A program made the translations under genes and the position numbers. From positions 640,001 through 704,000 of the forward strand of contig CAWETI010000003.1 in assembly GCA_963812015.1 (NCBI GenBank): a stretch of 64,000 bases of DNA, written 5' to 3'. Below the pieces are notes generated by a model. The model ran no database searches, was not told where the DNA came from, and saw only the letters and a program-made list of their open reading frames with translations. Below are positions 48,677 to 62,080 of the stretch, one piece after another (the first letter of the stretch is position 1; each line of letters begins with the position of its first letter). The stretch comes from an uncultured delta proteobacterium (lineage in GTDB: Bacteria; Desulfobacterota; Desulfobaccia; Desulfobaccales; 0-14-0-80-60-11).

Positions 48677-49459
48677 GTGGTGAGCCTGGGGCCGGGGTTT
48701 CCCGACTACATCATCCCCCGGGCACAGGCCGCCCTGGCCGAGGCCCAGGTGGTGGTGGGCTACCAGACCTATATCGACCTGGTGCGCCCCCTCTTGACCA
48801 CCCAGGAAGTGGTGGCCACCGGCATGAAGGCCGAAGTGAAGCGCTGTGGGCTCGCCCTGGAGCGGGCCCGGGGCGGGGAGTGGGTGGCCATAGTCTCCAG
48901 CGGCGACGCCGGCATCTACGGTATGGCCGGGCTGGTCCTGGAGATGTGCGCCGCCCAAGGGCTTAAGTTGGGGCCGTCTGGAGGGAGCGCCGACGTGGAC
49001 CTCTTTCTGGAAGTGATCCCCGGGGTTCCGGCCCTGGCGGCGGGGGCGGCGCTGTTGGGGGCTCCCCTGATGCATGATTTTGTCGCCATCTCCTTAAGCG
49101 ACCTCCTCACCCCCTGGGAGACTATTGAAAAGCGCCTGGACCTGGCGGCCCAAGGGGATTTTGTCATCGTGCTCTATAACCCCAAGAGCAAGAAACGGGA
49201 CTGGCAACTGGGCGCGGTGGGGGACCTGCTGCTGCGCCATAAAGACCCGATGACGCCGGTGGGCATCGTCTCCCGGGCCATGCGCCAGGGCCAAACCACC
49301 ACGATCACGACTTTGCATGACCTGACGAAAACCCCGGTGGATATGCAGACCATCGTGGTCGTGGGCAACTCCCAGACCCACACCTACGGCCCCTACATGA
49401 TTACGCCCCGGGGGTACTTGAGCAAGTACCGGGTGACAAAGTCTCAAGATGCTGATTGA
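48677..49459 (+). CDS. cbiH: Cobalt-precorrin-3 C17-methyltransferase (start codon unclear)
   Basis: VVSLGPG, VGY.TY, SSGDAGIYGMAG, GAPLMHDF..ISLSDLLTPW, LYNP.S..R, MITPRGY. Confidence 0.92.
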   Translation: MVSLGPGFPDYIIPRAQAALAEAQVVVGYQTYIDLVRPLLTTQEVVATGMKAEVKRCGLALERARGGEWVAIVSSGDAGIYGMAGLVLEMCAAQGLKLGPSGGSADVDLFLEVIPGVPALAAGAALLGAPLMHDFVAISLSDLLTPWETIEKRLDLAAQGDFVIVLYNPKSKKRDWQLGAVGDLLLRHKDPMTPVGIVSRAMRQGQTTTITTLHDLTKTPVDMQTIVVVGNSQTHTYGPYMITPRGYLSKYRVTKSQDAD

Positions 49460-49485
49460 GCTACAGCTTATGAAAGTTCATCATA

Positions 49486-49586
49486 AAATCCCCCCTATCC
49501 TCCCTTTGACAAAGGGGGGGATGCTTCGCCAGAGAGCACTTAAGGGAAAGTCCCCCTTTTATAAAGGCGGATTTAGGGGGATTTCC
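49486..49586. repeat. CCCCCTTT..AAAGGGGG hairpin pair
   Basis: Same two half-units as 27683-27767 in swapped order; partial copy at ~26971-26996. Confidence 0.65.
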
Positions 49587-49609
49587 GCTGACCCAGGACG
49601 TTTGTGCCT

Positions 49610-51124
49610 ATGAAGTATCGCCCCTTAATGATTCTCGGTTCGGGCTCGGACGTGGGCAAAAGCATCATGGTGGCGGGTTTGTGCCGCATCTTCCGCCAGG
49701 AGGGCATGCAGGTGGCCCCCTTCAAGGCCCAGAACATGGCCTTGAACAGTTTCATCACCCCGGAAGGCGGGGAGATGGGCCGGGCCCAGGTGGTCCAGGC
49801 CCAGGCCGCGGGCCTCACCCCCCACGTGGACATGAACCCTATCCTGCTCAAGCCCAGCAGCGAGGTGGGGTCCCAGGTGATTGTCCACGGCCGGGTGTAC
49901 GGGAACTTCCCGGCCCGGGATTACTACCGGCTCAAGCCCCGGCTGTTGCGGAAGGTGATGGAGAGCTACCGTCGCCTGGCCCAAACCTATGACCTCATCG
50001 TCCTGGAGGGGGCCGGCAGCGCGGTGGAGTTGAATTTAAAGAAAAACGACCTGGTGAATTTCAACATGGCCCGCCGGGCCGGGGCAGCGGTCCTGCTGGT
50101 GGCCGACATTGACCGGGGCGGGGTGTTCGCGGCCACCATCGGGGCCTATCATCTGTTGACCGCGGGAGAGCGCCGGATGCTTCGGGGCTTCATCATCAAC
50201 AAGTTCCGGGGTGATGCCACCCTGTTCGAAGAGGGCGTCACGATCATCGAGAAACGGACCCGAAGGCCGGTCCTGGGGGTGGTGCCCTACGCGGGTGATT
50301 TGGTCCTCCCCGAAGAGGACAGTGTCGCCCTGAGCCGCAAGCGCCTAACCGGAGCGTGGGAAGAGGATGGCGGCCTCAGGATCGGAGTGGTGCGTCTGCC
50401 GCACATCTCTAACTACACCGACTTTGATCCCCTGGAGCAGGAGCCCGGGGTGACGCTCCGCTACCTGGACCATCGGGATGAGCTGGGCGGCCTGGACCTC
50501 CTGATCCTGCCGGGGACCAAAAATACCATCAGCGACCTGCTCTATTTGAAGGATACCGGCCTGTTTGGGCGGATTCAGGCCTATGCCCAGGGGGGGGGGC
50601 GCGTGGTGGGCATTTGCGGGGGCTATCAGATTTTGGGCCAGGAGGTCCGGGACCCCCTGGGGATGGAAGGCGCCCCCCGGACCGAGGCGGGCCTGGGGCT
50701 CTTGCCCGTGGTGACCACCATGGCCGGGGCCAAGACCACCACCCAGGTGGAGGCCCGAGTGCCGGACCGGCCGGCCTACGGCATGCTGCTCGCCTATGAG
50801 ATTCACATGGGGGTCACCGAGCCCCGGGAGGAGGGGCGGCCGGCCTTTGAGATCATCAGCCGGAACGGCCGGCCCCTGAAGGTGGCCGATGGCTGGGTCA
50901 GCCCGGACCATGGCGTTTGGGGCACCTATCTCCACGGCGTGTACGATAATGACGGGTTTCGCCGGGGTTTTTTGCAAGAGCTGCGACGGACCCGTCCGGA
51001 CGTGGCAGCTACCTCGCCGGCGACGTCCTATCAAAGCTTTCAAGAGGCCCAACTGGACCGTCTGGCTGACCTTTTGCGGCGCCATCTGGATATGGCGCAG
51101 ATCAACGCGATGATTCGAGCTTAA
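49610..51124 (+). CDS. cbiP: Cobyric acid synthase
   Basis: G.GSDVGKS, PFKAQNMALNS, MNPILLKP, EGAGS..E.NL, DIDRGG, ISNYTDF, GICGGYQ.LG, GTYLHG. Confidence 0.96.
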   Translation: MKYRPLMILGSGSDVGKSIMVAGLCRIFRQEGMQVAPFKAQNMALNSFITPEGGEMGRAQVVQAQAAGLTPHVDMNPILLKPSSEVGSQVIVHGRVYGNFPARDYYRLKPRLLRKVMESYRRLAQTYDLIVLEGAGSAVELNLKKNDLVNFNMARRAGAAVLLVADIDRGGVFAATIGAYHLLTAGERRMLRGFIINKFRGDATLFEEGVTIIEKRTRRPVLGVVPYAGDLVLPEEDSVALSRKRLTGAWEEDGGLRIGVVRLPHISNYTDFDPLEQEPGVTLRYLDHRDELGGLDLLILPGTKNTISDLLYLKDTGLFGRIQAYAQGGGRVVGICGGYQILGQEVRDPLGMEGAPRTEAGLGLLPVVTTMAGAKTTTQVEARVPDRPAYGMLLAYEIHMGVTEPREEGRPAFEIISRNGRPLKVADGWVSPDHGVWGTYLHGVYDNDGFRRGFLQELRRTRPDVAATSPATSYQSFQEAQLDRLADLLRRHLDMAQINAMIRA

Positions 51125-51128
51125 AAAA

Positions 51129-52211
51129 ATGACTGATTTGCCTGATCAGACCCCCAAACACGGGGGAGACGTGTATCAGCTGGCCCGCAGCCTGGGGATC
51201 ACGATTGGCGACCTCCTGGATTTCTCCGCCAACATCAACCCCTTGGGGTTTCCGCCGGGTCTCAACGGCGCGGTGCAGGAGGCCCTGAAGGAGATCATCC
51301 ACTACCCGGACCGCCGCTGTCTGGCGTTGCGGGAGGCCCTGGGGGCCTATCACGGCCTCAGCCCCGAGCAGATTCTGGTGGGCAACGGCTCCACGGAGCT
51401 AATCTATTTGGCGGCCCGGGCCCTCGGGGTCGCCCGGGGCCTGATTGTGACCCCGGCCTTCAGCGAATACGAACACGCCCTGGACGTGGCCCGGGTGCCG
51501 GTGGATTTCCATCCCACCGCGGAATCCGACCATTTTACTCTGAACCAGGTCCTGGAGCCGCACGCCGATGATCTGGTCTTCCTGGCCCATCCCGCCAGCC
51601 CCAGCGGGGCGCTGCTTGATCCGGCCCGGTTCCTGGCGGTGGCCGAGGGCCTGGAGGCGGTGGGGGCTTACCTCCTGTTGGATGAAGCCTTTGTGGATTT
51701 CGTCGAAGAGGCCTCCTTGAAGGTTCACCTGGACCGGTTCCCCCGCCTGATGATCCTGCGCTCTTTTACCAAGTTTTTCGGCATCCCGGGGATGCGCCTG
51801 GGCTTTTTGTTAGGAGCCCCGGAACTTATGGCCCGCCTCGGGGATGCGCAGGAACCCTGGTCGGTGAGCACCATGGCCCAATTTATGGGGCGGGCCTGCC
51901 TGGCCGATCTGGAGTATATGAGCCGGACCCGGACCTTGATCGCCGAGGAGCGGCAATTCCTCTGGGACCGTCTGGCGGCGCTGCCGGGGTTCACCCCCTT
52001 CCCCAGCGCGGTGAACTATCTTCTGGTGAAGCTCACCCGGCCGGGGGCGACTGCGGCCCGCCTGCAAAGAGCCATGCTGGCTCACCGCGTGGTGATCCGG
52101 GACGCCGGCAATTTCCGGGGGCTGGATGAGCGCTTCTTTCGGATCGCGGTGCGGAGCCGGGAGGAGAATGAGCTGCTGCTGGGGGCCCTGGAGCAGTGTT
52201 TGAAATTTTGA
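51129..52211 (+). CDS. cobD: Threonine-phosphate decarboxylase
   Basis: HGG, DFSANINPLG, GNGSTELI, DEAFVDF, RSFTKFFG.PG.RLG, RIAVR. Confidence 0.9.
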   Translation: MTDLPDQTPKHGGDVYQLARSLGITIGDLLDFSANINPLGFPPGLNGAVQEALKEIIHYPDRRCLALREALGAYHGLSPEQILVGNGSTELIYLAARALGVARGLIVTPAFSEYEHALDVARVPVDFHPTAESDHFTLNQVLEPHADDLVFLAHPASPSGALLDPARFLAVAEGLEAVGAYLLLDEAFVDFVEEASLKVHLDRFPRLMILRSFTKFFGIPGMRLGFLLGAPELMARLGDAQEPWSVSTMAQFMGRACLADLEYMSRTRTLIAEERQFLWDRLAALPGFTPFPSAVNYLLVKLTRPGATAARLQRAMLAHRVVIRDAGNFRGLDERFFRIAVRSREENELLLGALEQCLKF

Positions 52212-52315
52212 GGGAGGGGGCCAGGCGCTTCCAGCCCGTGGGCTAAGCTTGAGAAAAACCCTACTGTTTCCACAGGTCAGAGGCCTGTGCCACTAAACTG
52301 AATCCGGAGTGAACT

Positions 52316-53284
52316 ATGGGCCTGGCCCTGCCTTTTCTGCTGGCTTACCTGCTGGACCTGCTGCTGGGGGATCCTCCGGCTTGGCCCCATCCGGTGCGGC
52401 TTTTGGGCCGCATCATTCAGTACTGGGAGTCGACCCTCTACCAGGACCGGGTGCGGTCCGGGGCCCTCTTCTGGCTGGCAGTGATGGGGACTACCCTGGT
52501 TTTTATTTTTGGGGTGCTGGGGGTCGCGGCCTGGCTGCCGCCTTGGGGGGGGCTGGCCGTCCTCGCCTACTTCCTGTATACCGGCCTGGCCACCCGGAGC
52601 CTGCACCAGGAGAGCCTTAAAGTCGAGGCGGCCCTGGAGCGAGAGGATCTGATGGAGGCCCGGGCCAACCTGGCCATGGTCGTGGGTCGGGAAACCGCCC
52701 ACTTATCCCCGGAAGAGGTGCGGCGGGCCGTGATGGAGACAGTGGCCGAGAACCTGGCCGACGGGGTGGTGGCCCCCATGTTCTTTACCCTGGGGCTGGG
52801 TCTGCCGGGGCTGTTTTTTTACAAGGCCGCCAACACCATGGACAGCATGGTGGGTTACAAAAACTACTGGTACGCCCGATTCGGCAAGGTGGCGGCCCGG
52901 GCGGATGATGTCCTCAATTTCATCCCGGCCCGCCTCACGGCCCTCCTCATGATTCCCACGGCCGCCCTCCTGGGCCTGGATTGGCGGGGAGCCTGGCATA
53001 CCCTGTGGCGGGACCGCCGCCAGGCCGCCAGCCCCAACGCCGGCTGGCCCGAGGCCGCCATGGCCGGAGCTCTGGGGGTGCGCCTGGGAGGCCCCAGCAC
53101 CTACTTCGGCCGCCTGGTGGAAAAGCCCTATATCGGTGAGGCCCGGCACCCCCTGGACCATGAGTGCTACCGCCAGGCCGTCCGCCTGTTGTACGGGACT
53201 TCGCTGCTGATGGCTGTCCTCACCCTGGTGGGTTTGCTGGCCGGCGGCGCCGGGGTTTGGGGATTGCTGCCGCTGGTCAGATAG
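52316..53284 (+). CDS. cbiB: Adenosylcobinamide-phosphate synthase
   Basis: LD...GDP...PHPV, VGRET, E.VAEN..DGVVAP, YKA.NT.DSM.GY, SPNAG.PEAAMAGAL. Confidence 0.95.
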   Translation: MGLALPFLLAYLLDLLLGDPPAWPHPVRLLGRIIQYWESTLYQDRVRSGALFWLAVMGTTLVFIFGVLGVAAWLPPWGGLAVLAYFLYTGLATRSLHQESLKVEAALEREDLMEARANLAMVVGRETAHLSPEEVRRAVMETVAENLADGVVAPMFFTLGLGLPGLFFYKAANTMDSMVGYKNYWYARFGKVAARADDVLNFIPARLTALLMIPTAALLGLDWRGAWHTLWRDRRQAASPNAGWPEAAMAGALGVRLGGPSTYFGRLVEKPYIGEARHPLDHECYRQAVRLLYGTSLLMAVLTLVGLLAGGAGVWGLLPLVR

Positions 53285-53620
53285 GGGTAAGGGCCTGTCT
53301 CGGGATTACCGGCAGGCATATAATGAGCAAATCGCCCCACCGGGGAGGTAACCTCGCCCCTACCCGGCCAGGCGTAAGAAGCATCCCCCACTACTCGAAG
53401 TCCCGGCGGGCCAGCCCAAGACGCGGCCGGGTGCGGCCCGGTTTGATTTTCCCCGACCAGAAGGTTATAATTCTGCATCAAATAGTATGCTTTTTGCATC
53501 GCTCACCCGATCCAGCGCCAATCAGAAGCAGTGTAATATTTCGGTTAATTACCTGAACCAAAGATGCCGACATACTCAGAGGGGGCCTGAAAGCTGACCG
53601 CTGAAGGCTGATAGCTCATT

Positions 53621-56959
<3,339 letters not shown>

Positions 56960-57163
56960 ACGGGCCTGGGGGGCCGTTCGGGGCGGTGGGGCGGCCGTCC
57001 CCGGCCGCCAACCTGATATCCCGGGCCCAGAGGCCCTTCCCGCCTGAACCGAACCAAAAGCGTGAGATGGGGCGGGTTTAAAACCGGCCCCTCCCACCGA
57101 GATTCGCACATTCCTCATCAGCTAATCCTTGCAATAAACCTCAGAATCGAGAAAAATAAGCTT

Positions 57164-59104
57164 ATGGCAGATAAAAAGACCAAGACTTCCCCCACCCAGG
57201 TGCGGCATGACGTCTCGCTGTTGACGGATGACGATCTCTACCTGTTTAACGAAGGCAGTCACTACCGCCTCTACCACAAGCTGGGGGCCCATGTGCTGAA
57301 TGAGAAAGGGGCGCCGGGAACCTACTTTGCCGTGTGGGCCCCGGATGCCGAGCAGGTTTGGGTCACCGGCGACTTCAACGGCTGGGACAAGGGCAGCCAC
57401 CCGTTGTCGCATCGGGCCCAATCAGGCATCTGGGAAGGGTTCATCCCCGGGTTGGGGCATGGCTCCCTGTACAAGTACCATGTGGCCTCCAAGTACGGCG
57501 CCTACCGGGTGGACAAGGCCGACCCCTTCGCCTTTTCCCTGGAAGGCCCGCCCCGCACCGCCTCCATCGTTTGGGATCTGGACTACGTCTGGGAAGACGG
57601 GGACTGGATGACCCGGCGCCACCGGGCCAATGCCCTGGACGGACCCATGTCGGTCTACGAGGTGCACCTGGGCTCCTGGCGGCGGGTGCCGGAAGAAGGC
57701 AACCGCTCCCTCACCTACCGGGAACTGGCCCCGCTCTTGGCCGAACACGTCCAGCGCCTGGGTTTCACCCACGTGGAATTTATGCCGGTCATGGAGCACC
57801 CTTTTTACGGTTCCTGGGGCTACCAGACCACCGGCTACTTCGCCCCCACAAGCCGCTACGGCACCCCCCAGGATTTCATGTTTCTGGTTGACTACCTACA
57901 CCGGCACGGCATCGGCATCGTCCTGGACTGGGTGCCCTCCCACTTCCCGGCGGACGAGCACGGCCCCGGCTTCTTCGACGGCACCCACCTCTATGAGCAC
58001 GCCGACCCCCGCCGGGGGTTTCATCCCGACTGGCGCAGCGCCATTTTCAATTACGGCCGCAACGAGGTGCGGTGCTTCCTCATGAGCAGCGCCCTGTTCT
58101 GGCTGGACCGCTACCACGCCGACGGCATCCGGGTGGACGCGGTGGCCTCCATGCTCTACCTGGATTATTCGCGGGAAGAGGGGGAATGGCTGCCCAACCA
58201 GTACGGCGGCCGGGAGGACCTGGAAGCCATCGCCTTCCTGCGGCAGTTTAACTCGGAGGTTTATAAGAGCTTTCCGGATGTGCAGACCGCGGCCGAGGAA
58301 TCCACGGACTGGCCCATGGTCTCCCGGCCCATCTATGTGGGGGGCCTGGGTTTCGGCCTCAAGTGGGATATGGGCTGGATGCACGATACCCTGAAGTACA
58401 TGGCCGTGGACCCGGTTTTCCGGAAGTACCACCACAATACCCTGACCTTCCGGATGCTCTATGCCTTCCAGGAAAATTTCCTTCTGCCTCTGTCCCACGA
58501 CGAGGTGGTCTACGGCAAGGGGTCCCTCCTGGCCAAGATGCCCGGGGACGATTGGCAGAAGTTCGCCAATCTCAGGCTCCTCTTGGGGTACATGTACGGT
58601 CAGCCTGGCAAGAAACTGCTCTTTATGGGAGGGGAGTTCGGACAGTGGTCCGAATGGTACCACGAAGCCTCCCTGGACTGGCACCTGCTGGGCGAGCCCA
58701 GGCATGCGGCCTTGCAACGGTGGGTAGAGGACCTGAACCGCTGCTACCGCGGGGAGCCGGCCCTGTTCACCCAGGATTTCAGCCCCGGGGGCTTCGAGTG
58801 GATCGACTGCAACGACTGGGAGCAGAGCTGCATCTCCTTCCTCCGGAAAGGGCGGGAAGGGGAGCTGCTGCTGGTGGCGTGCAACTTCACCCCGGTGCCC
58901 CGGCACGACTACCGGGTGGGGGTGCCGACGGGCGGGTTTTGGCAGGAGGTCCTGAACAGCGACGCCTTTGAGTACGAGGGCAGCGGCCACGGCAACCTGG
59001 GGGGCATGGAGGCTGTCCCCATCCCCTGCCACGGCCGCTTGCACTCCCTCACCCTGACCCTGCCGCCTTTGGGCGTGGTGTTTTTTAAAAGCAGTAGTCA
59101 GTAG
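57164..59104 (+). CDS. glgB: 1,4-alpha-glucan branching enzyme
   Basis: [59 protein letters not shown]. Confidence 0.97.
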   Translation: MADKKTKTSPTQVRHDVSLLTDDDLYLFNEGSHYRLYHKLGAHVLNEKGAPGTYFAVWAPDAEQVWVTGDFNGWDKGSHPLSHRAQSGIWEGFIPGLGHGSLYKYHVASKYGAYRVDKADPFAFSLEGPPRTASIVWDLDYVWEDGDWMTRRHRANALDGPMSVYEVHLGSWRRVPEEGNRSLTYRELAPLLAEHVQRLGFTHVEFMPVMEHPFYGSWGYQTTGYFAPTSRYGTPQDFMFLVDYLHRHGIGIVLDWVPSHFPADEHGPGFFDGTHLYEHADPRRGFHPDWRSAIFNYGRNEVRCFLMSSALFWLDRYHADGIRVDAVASMLYLDYSREEGEWLPNQYGGREDLEAIAFLRQFNSEVYKSFPDVQTAAEESTDWPMVSRPIYVGGLGFGLKWDMGWMHDTLKYMAVDPVFRKYHHNTLTFRMLYAFQENFLLPLSHDEVVYGKGSLLAKMPGDDWQKFANLRLLLGYMYGQPGKKLLFMGGEFGQWSEWYHEASLDWHLLGEPRHAALQRWVEDLNRCYRGEPALFTQDFSPGGFEWIDCNDWEQSCISFLRKGREGELLLVACNFTPVPRHDYRVGVPTGGFWQEVLNSDAFEYEGSGHGNLGGMEAVPIPCHGRLHSLTLTLPPLGVVFFKSSSQ

Positions 59105-59235
59105 TCAGTCAAAATGTGGAACAGCCGCCCCGGCTGTTTTTGGAAAAAGACATGGTGCGCAGGGCACACCCTCTCTATGGATTGCCTGTGTAAACCCTTG
59201 CCTTGTGCTGAAAGCTATTGTCATATTCGTCGTAA

Positions 59236-59349
59236 TACGAAGTTGCCGTCAAAAAGGTAATTTTAGCTTTATGATAGCAACCCATGTAGGGGCGGTTCGC
59301 GAACCGCCCCTACAATTCGAATAGTTACTTGTTTGACGGCACCTTGGTA
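59236..59349. mobile_element. MITE family A copy (TAA duplication) carrying a single GTAG REP
   Basis: TACGAAGTTGCCGTCAAA...TTTGACGGCACCTTGGTA flanked by TAA; REP at 59286-59313. Confidence 0.78.
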
Positions 59350-59364
59350 TAAGTTCAATACCAC

Positions 59365-59492
59365 AAGCCATTTCAAAACCTGGATGGATAGAGAATTGTC
59401 ATTCTGAGCGAAGCGAAGAATCTCGTATCTTTAATAAGTTGAGATCCTTCACTCCGTTCAGGATGACAAAAAAGCAGGTTTTAAAATGGCTT
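59365..59492. mobile_element. MITE family B copy
   Basis: TIR AAGCCATTTCAAAACCTG / CAGGTTTTAAAATGGCTT (17 of 18 match); internal GTCATTCTGAGCGAAGCGAAGAATCT...TTCAGGATGAC. Confidence 0.72.
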
Positions 59493-60732
59493 ATAACCAC
59501 TGACCACTGACTACTGTCCCCGTCAACTCCCGATAGAACTCCAGGGTCTGGCGGGCGATGGATGTCCAGCTGAATTCGTCCAGCACCCTCTGCCGGGCCT
59601 TGATCCCCATTTCTCGCCGCAGATCCGGGTTATCCAAGAGTTGGTTCACCGCGGCGGCCAGGTCTTGGGCAAACCTCTGGGCGACGTTAGCCTTGGGATC
59701 CTCTAGGTTTTTCAGGTCCAGGGGCACCAAAAGGCCGGTCTCGCCGGGGAGCACCACCTCCTTGATGCCGCCCACCGCCGAGGCCACCACCGGGGTGCCG
59801 CAGGCCATGGCTTCCAGGTTGATGATGCCGAAGGGCTCATAGATGGACGGGCAGATAAAAAGGGCGGCGTGACTGTATATGGGGATGACGTGGTCCTGGG
59901 GCACGAAGGTGGAAATCCACACGATCTTTTTTCCGGTTTGGGCCTGGAGGGCCTCGATCCTGGCGGCGGTTTCCTGGCCGATTTCGGGGGTATCCGGGCC
60001 GGAGGCGCAGAGCACCACCTGTACCCCGGCCTGGAAATATTCGATGGCCTTGAGGAGGTGCATGATCCCCTTCTGGTAGGTGATGCGGCCCACAAAGAGG
60101 ACGTAAGGACAGTCCGGGTCGATGTGGTACAGGTGCAGGACTTCGGGGTTGAAAGTGGGCTGGTATTGGCTGACGTCGATGCCGTTATAGATGACCCGGG
60201 TCCGTTCCGGCGGCACCCCGTAGAGTTCCTGGACGTCCGTCTTCATAGCCCGGGAAACCGCGATGACCCCGTCGGCGTTCTGGTAGGCGGTCTTCTCCAC
60301 CCAGGTGCTGACCTGGTAGCCGGGACCCAGTTGGTCCGCTTTCCAGGGGCGGTGGGGCTCCAAGGAATGGGTGGTGAGGACCAGGGGCACGCCGAGCAGG
60401 TGTTTGAGGAGGCAGCCGGCCAGGTGGGTATACCAGGTGTGGCAGTGGATGAGGTCCACGTCGGTGAGGGAGCCGGTCATGATCAGGTTGCGGTAGAGGG
60501 TGTCCAGGAGCCGGCGGTTGCGGGGTTCTTGAAAAGGAAAGGTAAACTCGGTGGTGACCCCGGTTACCGTTTCGTTGTCCAGGGTTTCCCGCTGTTCCCC
60601 GAAACAGAGGACCTTGACGGTATGGCGGCGGTCTTCCAGGCGGGCCAGTTCCCGGGTGAGATAGCTGACGTGCACCCCGGCGCCGCCGTAGATGTGGGGG
60701 GGATATTCATTGGTCAGGATAGCTATTTTCAT
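59491..60732 (-). CDS. glgA: GT4 glycosyltransferase, actinobacterial-type GlgA/GlgM
   Basis: T.EYPP.IYGGAGVHV, HTWY, HSLEP.RPWK..QLG.GY..S.W.E, FVGRIT.QKG, PSIYEPFGI.NLEAMAC. Confidence 0.88.
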   Translation of the reverse strand: MKIAILTNEYPPHIYGGAGVHVSYLTRELARLEDRRHTVKVLCFGEQRETLDNETVTGVTTEFTFPFQEPRNRRLLDTLYRNLIMTGSLTDVDLIHCHTWYTHLAGCLLKHLLGVPLVLTTHSLEPHRPWKADQLGPGYQVSTWVEKTAYQNADGVIAVSRAMKTDVQELYGVPPERTRVIYNGIDVSQYQPTFNPEVLHLYHIDPDCPYVLFVGRITYQKGIMHLLKAIEYFQAGVQVVLCASGPDTPEIGQETAARIEALQAQTGKKIVWISTFVPQDHVIPIYSHAALFICPSIYEPFGIINLEAMACGTPVVASAVGGIKEVVLPGETGLLVPLDLKNLEDPKANVAQRFAQDLAAAVNQLLDNPDLRREMGIKARQRVLDEFSWTSIARQTLEFYRELTGTVVSGQWL

Positions 60733-60914
60733 TAATTATTACCGTATATTATAAGATGACAGACCAATAACGACTCCCTACCCTTGTATCAAAGCCTGGT
60801 CCCCTTGTCAATTTGAGGCGGCGCCGCCAAGATCGGCGGACCGGCCCCCAGGCTTGAAAAAACCGTGGTTCGAGAGATAATAGAACCAATGAGCGCTATC
60901 AGCGAGGAGGACGT

Positions 60915-61562
60915 ATGGGCAGCAATGTGAGAAAGGTTGCGGTGGACATGTACGAAGACCGGTTGCAGCAGGACCTGGAACGGTACCGGGCCCGGGCCCT
61001 GGAACTGGGGGCCACCCAGGCAAAAATCGTCAAGGCCGAAGAAATTCCGGTGGACGAACGGGTGACCCTGAAATGCCAGATTCCCCGCTGTTTCGGCTAT
61101 GGGGTGAGCGCCCACTGTCCCCCGAACACCATGAAACCGGCGGAACTCCGGGACCTGCTGAAACAATACCATTGGGCCGTGTTTTTCATCAAGGAGGTGC
61201 CGCCGGAGGTGATCGTCCGGGACAAGGCCACCATCAAAGAGCGGGTGGCGGCCTATCAGCAAGTCTATAAAATCGTTAACGAAGTCGAGTCCATGGCCTT
61301 TTATGACGCTCACTACCTGGCCTTCGGGTTTGCCGCCGGCTCCTGCCGCCACACCTTTTGCGGCCAGCAGGAGGGTTGCCTGGCCATGGAAGGGAAAAAG
61401 TGCCGGTTTTCCTTGAAATCCCGGCCGTCCATGGAGGCGGTGGGCATCGATGTCTACAACATGGTGGCCCGGGCCGGCTGGGACATCTATCCCATCGGCA
61501 GCGGCGCCAAGCCGGAGGATATGCCCAAAGGCACCCTGGCGGGCATCGTCATCGTGCAGTAA
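60915..61562 (+). CDS. DUF2284-family predicted metal-binding protein
   Basis: KC..P.C.GYG...CPP, AGSC...C....C......CR.....RPSMEA.GIDV; GAGGAGG RBS. Confidence 0.8.
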   Translation: MGSNVRKVAVDMYEDRLQQDLERYRARALELGATQAKIVKAEEIPVDERVTLKCQIPRCFGYGVSAHCPPNTMKPAELRDLLKQYHWAVFFIKEVPPEVIVRDKATIKERVAAYQQVYKIVNEVESMAFYDAHYLAFGFAAGSCRHTFCGQQEGCLAMEGKKCRFSLKSRPSMEAVGIDVYNMVARAGWDIYPIGSGAKPEDMPKGTLAGIVIVQ

Positions 61563-61876
61563 AACCGCCCTTCGTCACCTCCCGGCATTGGGGCGGCTGG
61601 CTGTCGACCCGCCCGGTGTAGCGGCCCAGGCATACCTGCGCCCCTCCTCCCCTTGGCCGGGGAGGGGGGACAAAGGGATGCCCCTTCCCGCCATGCCCTT
61701 TCGGGAGGGGATAAAGAGATGATGATTTTTGGATTAGGGGAAAAATCTCCTGGGTGCTCATGGCGGTGGTACATTATTCCTCTCTCCATGGGGAAAATAT
61801 ACCGGTGACCGGCAAGAGATTACCCCGCCCTACGCCTAACCCCTCCTTATTTCGTTGAAAATTGCAACATCGGGAT

Positions 61877-61892
61877 TGGCACAGAAATAGCA
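61877..61892 (+). promoter_or_regulatory. Candidate sigma54 promoter upstream of hdrL
   Basis: TGGCACA-GAAA-TAGCA: GG-N10-GC spacing close to the TGGCACG-N4-TTGCW consensus. Confidence 0.45.
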
Positions 61893-61962
61893 TTATTATA
61901 TTATTTGAAGTATCTCTAAAAAGTGGGGAAGGAATGTTTTAGGAATACTCCAAAATTCCTTC

Positions 61963-61992
61963 TTGACAAAACTCTATACAAATATTTAAGAT
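61963..61992 (+). promoter_or_regulatory. Candidate sigma70 promoter upstream of hdrL
   Basis: TTGACA-18 nt-TAAGAT. Confidence 0.55.
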
Positions 61993-62080
61993 GAACCAAA
62001 GGTAGTTAATTTGTAAGGCTACAAAACCGCAAACCAATCAAAAACACGCCTCGTTAGCTTTTTAACCATAAGGACGTTCT

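Noticed and set aside
53285..53620. Possible small ORF or MITE between cbiB and treS
   Set aside because: Only a weak inverted match and a REP fragment; no convincing ORF or termini.
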